DNA from: TPA_inf: Saccharomyces
Taxonomy: Eukaryota
Assembly (NCBI GenBank): GCA_000146045.2
Contig: BK006938.2
Location: 640,001 to 704,000, forward strand
Length of the DNA stretch: 64,000 nt
Direction: 5' to 3'
The notes beneath the pieces are model-generated. The model saw only the letters and a list, made by a program, of their open reading frames with translations, ran no database searches and was not told the origin of the DNA. Position numbers and translations under genes: made by a program. Shown one piece after another: positions 11,420-21,172 of the stretch (within the stretch, counting starts at the first letter, position 1; each line of letters begins with the position of its first letter).

Positions 11420-11503
11420 GTTATAAGGTTGTTTCATATGTGTTTTATGAACGTTTAGGATGACGTATTGTCATACTGACATATCTCATTTTGAGATACA
11501 ACA
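11420..11503 (-). repeat. Ty3 sigma LTR, 5'-proximal 84 bp (the other half of the sigma split by Ty1)
   Basis: It begins with the GTTAT target-site duplication copy and ends ...tcattttgagatacaaca, the reverse complement of the sigma start TGTTGTATCTCAAAATGA. It is continuous with 5240-5501 once the Ty1 is removed. Confidence 0.85.
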
Positions 11504-11668
11504 TGTATTTTGTGTTTAACAAACTGTATTATCTGAAAACTATATGAACAGATCTTGAAGTAAGCTTGCCCCCCCTATTCCAGTGTATTCAAAATCACAG
11601 TACGTTTTCCTAAAATACCATCATTCATATTTGCTGGTTTATGTTACTACATTGGACTGTATATCCAT

Positions 11669-11994
11669 GTGGGAAATGCCCAATGTACTGATAATTGTTG
11701 GGATTCCACTGTTGGTAAACGCAATAATATTAGGTATACAGAATATACTAGAGGTTTTTCTTCGAGGATCTTGGGATCCAAAATAGGGAATCGGTATTTC
11801 TGCATAATATTGCTATTATTTCTCCTTCTATTTTACATGCTTCATTATCCTATTACATTATCTAGCTATGCAATTCAGCTCTCATTAAGTCTAATGACTG
11901 TTTTTCAATTGTTGTATAATCTTCTTATACCTCATTTGATAATATAGCAATAATATAAAATAGTACTCTATAGGTTATAGGAGTCTTAATACAA
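11669..11994 (-). repeat. Degenerate solo delta (Ty1/Ty2-type LTR remnant)
   Basis: Alignable by eye to the delta reverse complement (ataattgttgggattccactgttggtaaacgcaataatattaggtatacagaatatactagagg...). It has many substitutions and indels and is flanked by further fragments such as ttcgcttcagcttcttcc near 12640-12700. Confidence 0.55.
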
Positions 11995-13606
11995 TGAGCG
12001 CGCCATTATCGTTCTGTAAAGTAAATAGTCATTCACATAACGAGCTAATAAAAATCTCCAGATGGCACACATAGTGTATGGCAACATCAATGAGAAGAAT
12101 AAGGTCTTCGAGGAATAAATTGTTCTAATCATGACAAAAACTACATAACAGAAGACTGAAAGACTGCATTAAAAAAATATTATTAGCATGAACACTAGTC
12201 AAAAAATGACACTAAGATTTCATTCCAACACTACATTTTTTCGGAAAACGTTTTATTGAAGTACTGCTTTATGGTCAGCACGTATCGCTTCATATATGAT
12301 AACCTTACACAGTATCTTTCCGAAAAATCATGAAACGAAGTAACACAGCATCAATTTCTGTGAGAAATAGACAAAGATGTTTCAAAAGTTCCAACATATA
12401 GTGAGCATCGTTCATATACCTCGTACAAATCAAATTTGTCTCTTGGAATACCGAAAATTAGCCGCTCAAACACTCTCCGTTGTTAATGACAATTACACCA
12501 TAGCCGCTGCCGTAGAAAATGCACGGTCTTCCGTGACGAGAAGATTCGGGGGCGAATCGCATAGATCGCTCTTTCTCCTCTTTCTCAATTCTGTCTTATC
12601 TGTATTTATAACATGAGCTCATAAACAAAGTCCCTGTTTATATATATTGATGACTTATATATCTTTCGCTTCAGCTTCTTCCCTCATTTCTACTTAATAT
12701 TATCTTTTGAAATTAGCGCGATCAATTGCATTCTTTTCCACACCACCTTCAAATTTAAGAATTCATATTTGAATCGAACCGTATGTTTTACCTCTCAATA
12801 ACTTGTTTCATTAATAGCTCCTTCCACAACCACCTTCATCTTCTCTGATTTGAATTATTACCGACATGAATGTTACTCTCCTGAAAATGTTAATTATATC
12901 AACTTAACAGGCCTTGAAAGTGAAGTGTTATAGTTTCTCTTCCTTTGTTTTTCCCACTTTCTTTTTTTTATATATATCTTATATTGGTTTAAGCACAGCG
13001 GATTGCTTTCTTCTAATACAAGAACTAGAACATAGGTCCACCCGTGTGATGTTGCATTCTGAAATGTTTAGTTATCTCTGTCAGAACAGCGAGGTAACAC
13101 TTATTTTTGTTACGACCAATCCGTAATTCAAGCGTGGGTATTCATATGACCAGAGATAATAATACAGCGAATACTATTGAAATCGTCCCTTTTTTGTTTA
13201 GGAAGAACGGACAAATCGGTCGTCTGCTCGAAATGATTAGTAGTGTGTCACCCGGATCAGCAAAATGACACACACGAAATACGAGGAAAAAGTCGGTCGA
13301 AAGGGGCAAATGTTATTATAAGTCCCTCCAGTAGTCTTTTTTTTTTCAAATATTCATCATCAAAGGTTACGAAATCTTTTGAGCTATCTTAAACATTCGT
13401 TCTTTTTATCAAATTTCAATTACTAACTTATTTTTTCAAAAAAAATTGCCTCTCCCGGTTTTTAATCATTATTTTTTTCGATTGATTAAGGGGGAAAAGC
13501 AAAGAACGAGAAAACTTGGACAGAAGGTTAATACTCTGACAATTTCAAAACGAAGTAAAAAGAAAAATTATCAAATCAACAAAAAGTACCCGTTACAACA
13601 AAAAAA

Positions 13607-14428
13607 ATGTCCCAAACTCGTGAAGATTCTGTTTACCTAGCTAAATTAGCTGAACAAGCCGAACGTTATGAAGAAATGGTCGAAAACATGAAGGCCGTTG
13701 CTTCATCAGGTCAAGAGTTATCTGTCGAAGAACGGAATCTATTGTCGGTTGCTTACAAGAACGTCATCGGTGCTCGCCGTGCTTCATGGAGAATAGTTTC
13801 TTCGATCGAACAAAAAGAAGAATCAAAGGAGAAATCTGAACATCAAGTTGAATTAATCCGTTCTTACCGTTCTAAAATTGAAACTGAATTGACCAAAATC
13901 TCTGACGACATTTTATCTGTGTTAGATTCTCATTTAATCCCTTCTGCTACTACTGGTGAGTCTAAAGTATTTTACTATAAGATGAAGGGTGACTACCACC
14001 GTTATTTAGCTGAATTTTCCAGCGGAGATGCAAGAGAAAAGGCAACCAACTCCTCTTTGGAGGCTTATAAAACCGCTTCCGAAATCGCCACAACTGAATT
14101 GCCTCCAACTCACCCAATTCGTTTAGGTCTAGCTTTGAATTTCTCCGTCTTCTATTACGAAATTCAAAACTCTCCTGATAAGGCTTGCCACTTGGCCAAA
14201 CAAGCCTTTGATGATGCTATTGCTGAGTTAGATACTTTATCTGAAGAATCATACAAGGATAGCACTTTGATCATGCAATTATTAAGGGACAACTTGACCT
14301 TATGGACCTCTGATATTTCTGAATCTGGTCAAGAAGATCAACAACAACAACAACAACAGCAACAGCAACAGCAACAACAGCAACAACAAGCTCCAGCTGA
14401 ACAAACTCAAGGTGAACCAACCAAATAA
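13607..14428 (+). CDS. BMH2: 14-3-3 protein Bmh2
   Basis: 273 aa. The 14-3-3 signature sequences [21 protein letters not shown] and [21 protein letters not shown] are present, and the C-terminal (Q)17 tail is typical of Bmh2. Confidence 0.95.
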   Translation: MSQTREDSVYLAKLAEQAERYEEMVENMKAVASSGQELSVEERNLLSVAYKNVIGARRASWRIVSSIEQKEESKEKSEHQVELIRSYRSKIETELTKISDDILSVLDSHLIPSATTGESKVFYYKMKGDYHRYLAEFSSGDAREKATNSSLEAYKTASEIATTELPPTHPIRLGLALNFSVFYYEIQNSPDKACHLAKQAFDDAIAELDTLSEESYKDSTLIMQLLRDNLTLWTSDISESGQEDQQQQQQQQQQQQQQQQQAPAEQTQGEPTK

Positions 14429-15012
14429 GAGCGCTGAGAAATACAAGGGGAAATGAAGATTTACCACTCCAGTTTTCTTGCTAACGAAAATGAATGCAAT
14501 TCGATTTTGATACTTTTTTTAGGGGAAGAGATAATATCTTCGTCTAATACAAATTCACAAAATTTTCAATTTTACCAACTACAAAATATACAAACCTCTA
14601 AAAAAATAGTTTCTTAATATATAACATAAAATAGTTTTTCTGTTACTATTACTTCTATCACTGTTTTCTTCGTGTATTCTTATATTTTGGCTATCGTTCA
14701 GAGTTGAGACAATTTGCGAGAGTAATTGAGTAGTAATTTTCGTATGTTTTAAAATAAGTTCCTTCCATTGTATACGCACCTCTTTCTTCTGTTTTCCTTT
14801 GAATCTTGATCTACCTTACCTATTGAAGGTGAAGGCATCTTTTCTCATTTGATGAAACAGCGCTCCCTGGGTGTAGGGGGGCGGGGGTATAGTAGCGTAA
14901 ATCCGCAACGGAAAAATACTTCGAGTGGAAAACTATGACCATTAATATGTATGTCTTACAAGAGAGGACAATAAACAAAGTCAAATAACCACAAGGGATC
15001 ACAAACGAAAGG

Positions 15013-15444
15013 ATGTCAGTTATTCCTCCAAAATTCTTCAAGATTGCAAATATATCAATTGGCTGCATAGACATTATTGCTGCCCTTTCACAATTGACGT
15101 ATATTTTCACCAATTTAAACGTCTTCCTCTTGGCAGTTTACGGACTGGCACTCTCCGTACCTATCGTCTATCTGGAGTTCAAGGTTCCGTCAAATCTTTA
15201 CAGGTATGCTTCCTTTTACTTTAGTTTTCTTGGAAGGGGTTTATCTTATATTTTACTAAGTCTGATAATCAGCTTCGGCGGTATCTACAACATATTGGCG
15301 GGAATGTTTACTTTTATTTTAGGGGTTGCCTTTATTGTTTTTCATTTTTCCCAGTTTGTGGAAGAACCTGCTAACTTCAGAGCACCCGGCTCATCTTTGT
15401 CAATTGGTGATGATGACATCGACGATGACGATGACATGATTTAA
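15013..15444 (+). CDS. TVP15: Tlg2-vesicle protein of 15 kDa, small multi-pass membrane protein
   Basis: 143-aa ORF with hydrophobic helices and an acidic C-terminus DDDIDDDDDMI; the size and position match YDR100W. Confidence 0.85.
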   Translation: MSVIPPKFFKIANISIGCIDIIAALSQLTYIFTNLNVFLLAVYGLALSVPIVYLEFKVPSNLYRYASFYFSFLGRGLSYILLSLIISFGGIYNILAGMFTFILGVAFIVFHFSQFVEEPANFRAPGSSLSIGDDDIDDDDDMI

Positions 15445-15685
15445 TATTAGAAGCCCATGTCTCTCAATCCGCCGGTGTTACAAAAGCATGGCGAAACAGG
15501 CGTGAGATATTTAATCTTCCATCTCATCTGTATAGCAAATAAAATGTAATTATAATGCAAGATTCTGAGCAAATGAACCAAGCGGTTTTAGTACAGCTAG
15601 GTTGACTTTTTTTATAATATTCTATTTTACATTTTATGATATACTTATATTATTTATATACTAGCTTTAGAAATGATGAAGTTTC

Positions 15686-17467
15686 CTACATTTTCATGGT
15701 TTCTTCAACTCCGCCATTTGATGTCTCAACACTCTTCTGCTTCATTGGCTGCGTTTCCTTTAATAATAGACCGAACCTCTTATCCTTGGCCAAAGTAGCT
15801 AATTGAAAGATCCCTTGAACAATTGAATCTTGTGGATTTAATTCGTGCTGAGAGTGAATCCAGCTCGGTTGACAGGTCTTAGAACCACCAGTTAATCTCA
15901 ATAATTCGGGTCTGTCCGTTGTACTTACACTAGAGTCACATAATACGATGGTATTACATTCACGAGCAACTGGTAAAGAAATCGATTCCTTGGTTGAATT
16001 CATTAAGGATTTAAGCTTGATGGCTGAAACACCCAATTTTGGTAAAGGTAACTCATGCCCAGGTAATGTTAATGTAGAGGTTGCATCATAACTTAAATTA
16101 CCGTTTGGATTGGTAGCCTTTAAAATATGGTCCCATGGAACCCATCTAGCAATTTGTATTGGACTTTCCACACATAAGTAGTTGTTGGAAATCTCACTCA
16201 TCCCAAGTCTAAATGATTTCAAATCTTTCTTTAAGCTTTGGAGTTCTTCTTCATTTTCGTGAACGAAAGGAAAGTTAGAAGATAAATGAGATAACTTGAA
16301 TGGATAAACGCCTTGTTTATCGATTTTAGTTAATAATTGTCTAGAAGTTTTTAATTTAAGAATATGGGTTTGAGCAAAATCTCTAACATATGCACCGGGT
16401 CTTGCAATCAATTCTCCAGCCTTATGAGATTTACCTGTGTAAGAGTCAACGGTTTCTAAAGTTACTAAACCCTTTTTGGTACAATGCTCCAAAGATGCCA
16501 TTTTCAAATCAATTAAATACACTTCACCTGATTGAACAACGAAATCATCACTTGGAATAGCAGAAACATTAGTGAATGGAGTCGATTGTCCACGATCTAC
16601 CACTGTTAAATCCTTGGCATCAGTATTAGATAGCAAATCTGCTTCTTGATGGGACTCTGTCCAAACAACACCCTTATATTCCCTTTCGGCAACAATACCT
16701 TCGTTTTGGCCTGCCAGGAATCTTCTAATCCTTCTTACACGAGAACCAGGAACAACGCCACAGTTATAAGATCTGGCAATAGTATCCACTATAGTTCTAA
16801 TCAATTGGCCTGTGATACCACTTGAAGTTCCTCCCAGTGAGGCAGGAAGCTTTTCTGGAGTCAGAGCACAGGCTAATAAAGCAACAACTGTTTCCATAGC
16901 AATGTGAGCAGCAGCTACAGCATCCGCTTTACCACCTAGTAGTGGCCCAGTGGGTTGAAGAATAGGTTTGGTTTCATCAACGGGGTAAATAACCATAGTA
17001 TGAGAAACTTCAGAGGTGTAACCATCAATATGAACACCTAGTGTAATCTTGACTAAATCCCCCGGTCTCAAAGTCCCAGTGACAGATGATGCAAAAGTGG
17101 AGTCTTTCCCCTTATTCCAGTTTAACAAATTTTGAGTATCATCTATTTCGGGGCACCATCCACCAGAAATTTGGTCGATATCAATAGTGGTTGGAATGGC
17201 AATACCTCTTTCATTAACTTTGTTTTTATAATATTGTTCCAACCGGGTCAAAATAAAAGAATCGGTAAGCAAACATAGCTCTGGCACGGTTAATTGGCGC
17301 TGTGTGGTCTTAGAGTGATATGAATCATTGATCAAAGAAGTAACATATTTCAAAGCAGTTTGTGCGATTTGTCCAGCAGTTCTGTATTTGTTCAAGACCG
17401 ATTCCTGTAGAATATTTTTGTCCTTTAGCAAAATCTGAGTATCCTCGTGGGAGATAGCTAGAGCCAT
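15686..17467 (-). CDS. ARX1: Pre-60S export factor Arx1 (methionine-aminopeptidase-like fold)
   Basis: 593-aa ORF with a MetAP-like core; position and length match YDR101C. Confidence 0.9.
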   Translation of the reverse strand: MALAISHEDTQILLKDKNILQESVLNKYRTAGQIAQTALKYVTSLINDSYHSKTTQRQLTVPELCLLTDSFILTRLEQYYKNKVNERGIAIPTTIDIDQISGGWCPEIDDTQNLLNWNKGKDSTFASSVTGTLRPGDLVKITLGVHIDGYTSEVSHTMVIYPVDETKPILQPTGPLLGGKADAVAAAHIAMETVVALLACALTPEKLPASLGGTSSGITGQLIRTIVDTIARSYNCGVVPGSRVRRIRRFLAGQNEGIVAEREYKGVVWTESHQEADLLSNTDAKDLTVVDRGQSTPFTNVSAIPSDDFVVQSGEVYLIDLKMASLEHCTKKGLVTLETVDSYTGKSHKAGELIARPGAYVRDFAQTHILKLKTSRQLLTKIDKQGVYPFKLSHLSSNFPFVHENEEELQSLKKDLKSFRLGMSEISNNYLCVESPIQIARWVPWDHILKATNPNGNLSYDATSTLTLPGHELPLPKLGVSAIKLKSLMNSTKESISLPVARECNTIVLCDSSVSTTDRPELLRLTGGSKTCQPSWIHSQHELNPQDSIVQGIFQLATLAKDKRFGLLLKETQPMKQKSVETSNGGVEETMKM

Positions 17468-17647
17468 GATAGTTTTAGCAATATTAGTCGGGTCGGGTTT
17501 TTTCTTAAAAGTATTTTGAATAACACGATGCTTTAGCTCATCTCATCTCTTCTGCTGAAATTTTTCTTTACTTCGGTAAAATTTTTTCAGAAAGCAAAAA
17601 AAGCTTCACAGAGGCATGACCCTCTCCGGGTAAAAAAAAGCTTAGGG

Positions 17648-17980
17648 TTACCGGCCTGTCATTTTTAGGGCATTATCAATTTTTTGCCATCTAGTTGCAA
17701 CTATAATAATACAGTATGAATTGCACGAAAGAGCAGTCAATGTAAATTCACGAAGTGACTGACAGAATACTGACATCAGCTGATTTCTCATAGAGCTGTT
17801 TCTCTGATAACACGTTGTTTGAACATCGACAAGATGAAAATCTAGAAGTATCAAGTTTCCTTTAAAGGGATATATAACAGATTCTAAAACTGACAGAAAT
17901 ATTTCGAGTGAAGAAGAAGCGTTAAATATTGGATCTTTCCGCAGTTCTACTCTGATACATTTTTGAAGTAGGAGAGTCAT
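17648..17980 (-). CDS. Dubious ORF YDR102C (110 aa) in the ARX1/STE5 intergenic region
   Basis: Short ORF with no recognisable domain, lying in a promoter region. Confidence 0.25.
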   Translation of the reverse strand: MTLLLQKCIRVELRKDPIFNASSSLEIFLSVLESVIYPFKGNLILLDFHLVDVQTTCYQRNSSMRNQLMSVFCQSLREFTLTALSCNSYCIIIVATRWQKIDNALKMTGR

Positions 17981-18349
17981 TTAGAAGGCGTATTGCTCAA
18001 TAGTAGAAAGCAGGCCTGTGCACATGAATTAATTAAAAAATATAAAGGTAGTGATTAGACGACACATGTCCATAGGTAACCTGTCATAATTTTGAACAAT
18101 TTCCCTTCTTTTCTTTTTTTTTTTTGGGTGCGGCGATATGTAGCTTGTTAATTTACACATCATGTACTTTTCTGCATCAAAATATGAAAGGCGATAGTAG
18201 CTAAAGAAAATACCGAGAATTTCCTCGAAAAGTTGACGACAAAAGAAAGGCATAAAAAAGTAATTTGAAAATATTTTAAAACTGTTTTAACCCATCTAGC
18301 ATCCGCGCTAAAAAAGGAAGATACAGGATACAGCGGAAACAACTTTTAA

Positions 18350-21103
18350 ATGATGGAAACTCCTACAGACAATATAGTTTCCCCTTTTCACAATTTTGGT
18401 AGCTCGACACAATATAGTGGTACCTTGTCGAGAACTCCCAACCAAATAATAGAGCTAGAGAAGCCCAGTACTCTATCCCCATTGTCAAGAGGAAAAAAAT
18501 GGACGGAAAAGTTAGCCAGGTTCCAAAGAAGTAGTGCTAAAAAGAAAAGATTCTCACCTTCTCCTATTTCCTCCTCTACATTTTCGTTCTCACCCAAATC
18601 TAGGGTCACTTCTTCAAACTCTTCTGGCAATGAAGACGGTAACCTAATGAATACACCTTCTACGGTTTCCACTGATTATTTGCCACAACACCCTCACAGA
18701 ACATCGTCTTTGCCAAGACCTAATTCCAATCTCTTTCACGCAAGTAATAGTAACCTATCCCGAGCAAATGAGCCCCCAAGGGCCGAAAATTTATCAGATA
18801 ATATACCACCCAAGGTCGCTCCATTTGGCTATCCAATACAAAGAACCTCTATTAAAAAATCCTTTTTGAATGCTTCTTGTACGTTATGTGACGAGCCTAT
18901 TTCTAACAGAAGAAAGGGAGAGAAAATTATAGAGCTTGCATGTGGCCACTTAAGTCACCAAGAATGTCTTATTATCTCTTTTGGCACCACTTCAAAGGCA
19001 GACGTTCGTGCGCTATTTCCTTTTTGTACCAAATGTAAAAAAGATACTAACAAAGCCGTTCAATGCATTCCAGAAAATGATGAACTAAAGGATATTCTAA
19101 TTTCTGATTTTTTGATTCATAAGATTCCTGATTCTGAGTTATCAATCACACCTCAGTCCCGCTTTCCTCCTTATTCACCACTCTTGCCTCCTTTTGGGTT
19201 ATCCTATACACCTGTTGAAAGACAAACGATATATTCTCAAGCTCCAAGTCTAAACCCAAATCTCATATTGGCTGCACCCCCCAAGGAAAGAAACCAAATT
19301 CCACAAAAAAAATCAAACTATACATTTTTACATTCACCCCTGGGGCACAGAAGAATTCCGTCCGGAGCAAACTCTATCTTAGCAGACACCTCTGTAGCGT
19401 TGTCAGCTAATGATTCTATTTCTGCTGTTTCCAATTCGGTAAGAGCAAAGGATGACGAAACCAAAACAACGTTGCCGCTGTTAAGGTCATATTTTATTCA
19501 AATTCTTTTGAACAATTTCCAGGAAGAATTGCAGGATTGGAGAATAGACGGGGACTATGGATTACTAAGGTTGGTAGACAAATTGATGATTTCCAAAGAT
19601 GGTCAGAGATATATACAATGCTGGTGTTTCTTATTTGAAGACGCATTTGTAATAGCAGAAGTGGATAACGATGTTGATGTTTTGGAAATTAGACTAAAGA
19701 ATTTAGAAGTATTTACACCTATTGCCAACTTGAGAATGACTACACTCGAAGCTTCAGTACTCAAATGCACCTTAAATAAACAACATTGCGCCGATTTATC
19801 AGATCTTTACATTGTTCAGAATATAAATTCTGACGAAAGCACAACTGTACAGAAATGGATATCAGGTATATTGAATCAGGATTTTGTATTCAATGAGGAC
19901 AATATCACTTCGACCCTGCCTATTCTTCCCATTATAAAGAACTTTTCAAAAGATGTTGGTAATGGTAGGCACGAGACGAGTACCTTTCTAGGTTTAATCA
20001 ATCCTAACAAAGTTGTTGAAGTTGGAAATGTGCACGATAATGATACTGTAATCATAAGGAGGGGATTCACCTTAAATTCAGGAGAATGTTCTAGGCAGAG
20101 TACTGTCGACAGTATACAATCTGTTCTAACCACGATAAGCTCAATTCTTTCCCTTAAACGAGAAAAACCTGATAATTTGGCAATAATCTTACAGATCGAT
20201 TTTACGAAATTGAAGGAAGAAGACAGTTTAATTGTTGTTTATAACAGTCTAAAAGCTTTAACCATTAAATTTGCGCGTTTGCAGTTTTGTTTCGTTGATC
20301 GAAATAATTATGTTCTGGACTATGGATCGGTATTACACAAGATAGATTCACTAGATTCCATCTCAAATCTCAAATCAAAGAGTTCCTCGACACAATTTTC
20401 ACCTATTTGGTTGAAAAATACTCTATATCCCGAAAATATTCATGAACATTTGGGTATTGTTGCTGTATCAAATAGTAATATGGAAGCAAAAAAATCCATA
20501 CTATTTCAAGATTACAGATGCTTTACAAGTTTTGGAAGAAGAAGGCCCAATGAATTGAAGATTAAGGTGGGCTATTTGAACGTTGACTACAGTGATAAAA
20601 TTGATGAACTAGTCGAGGCCAGCTCCTGGACTTTTGTTTTAGAAACTCTTTGCTACAGTTTCGGTCTAAGTTTTGATGAACATGATGACGATGACGAAGA
20701 GGATAATGATGATTCGACCGATAATGAACTTGATAATAGTTCAGGATCACTGTCGGATGCTGAATCTACAACTACTATTCATATTGATTCTCCATTTGAT
20801 AATGAAAATGCTACCGCAAATATGGTGAATGACAGAAACCTTCTCACTGAGGGTGAACATAGCAATATAGAAAACTTAGAAACTGTCGCTTCTTCAGTAC
20901 AGCCAGCTCTGATTCCTAATATTAGATTTTCACTTCATTCTGAGGAGGAAGGTACTAATGAAAATGAAAATGAAAATGATATGCCAGTATTATTACTTAG
21001 TGATATGGATAAAGGAATCGATGGCATAACCAGACGCAGTTCATTCTCGAGTCTTATAGAGAGCGGTAATAACAACTGTCCCCTCCATATGGATTATATA
21101 TAG
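18350..21103 (+). CDS. STE5: Pheromone-pathway MAPK scaffold Ste5
   Basis: 917 aa beginning MMETPTDNIVSPF. It has a RING-H2-type cysteine/histidine cluster (CTLCDEPIS...CGHLSHQEC...CTKC) and an acidic C-terminal stretch. Confidence 0.95.
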   Translation: MMETPTDNIVSPFHNFGSSTQYSGTLSRTPNQIIELEKPSTLSPLSRGKKWTEKLARFQRSSAKKKRFSPSPISSSTFSFSPKSRVTSSNSSGNEDGNLMNTPSTVSTDYLPQHPHRTSSLPRPNSNLFHASNSNLSRANEPPRAENLSDNIPPKVAPFGYPIQRTSIKKSFLNASCTLCDEPISNRRKGEKIIELACGHLSHQECLIISFGTTSKADVRALFPFCTKCKKDTNKAVQCIPENDELKDILISDFLIHKIPDSELSITPQSRFPPYSPLLPPFGLSYTPVERQTIYSQAPSLNPNLILAAPPKERNQIPQKKSNYTFLHSPLGHRRIPSGANSILADTSVALSANDSISAVSNSVRAKDDETKTTLPLLRSYFIQILLNNFQEELQDWRIDGDYGLLRLVDKLMISKDGQRYIQCWCFLFEDAFVIAEVDNDVDVLEIRLKNLEVFTPIANLRMTTLEASVLKCTLNKQHCADLSDLYIVQNINSDESTTVQKWISGILNQDFVFNEDNITSTLPILPIIKNFSKDVGNGRHETSTFLGLINPNKVVEVGNVHDNDTVIIRRGFTLNSGECSRQSTVDSIQSVLTTISSILSLKREKPDNLAIILQIDFTKLKEEDSLIVVYNSLKALTIKFARLQFCFVDRNNYVLDYGSVLHKIDSLDSISNLKSKSSSTQFSPIWLKNTLYPENIHEHLGIVAVSNSNMEAKKSILFQDYRCFTSFGRRRPNELKIKVGYLNVDYSDKIDELVEASSWTFVLETLCYSFGLSFDEHDDDDEEDNDDSTDNELDNSSGSLSDAESTTTIHIDSPFDNENATANMVNDRNLLTEGEHSNIENLETVASSVQPALIPNIRFSLHSEEEGTNENENENDMPVLLLSDMDKGIDGITRRSSFSSLIESGNNNCPLHMDYI

Positions 21104-21172
21104 AGTATACACTAAATTTTATGCAATAATAAAAAGAAAGCATCCCGCCAAACGTTTCGTAACTACATATTG

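Noticed and set aside
12735-12870. Imperfect direct repeat ttccacaNcaccttca ... ttgaat...gaa upstream of BMH2, considered as a possible tau/omega LTR or tRNA pseudogene fragment
   Set aside because: I could not match it convincingly to any Ty LTR consensus or to a tRNA cloverleaf by eye, so it is left as an unexplained short repeat.
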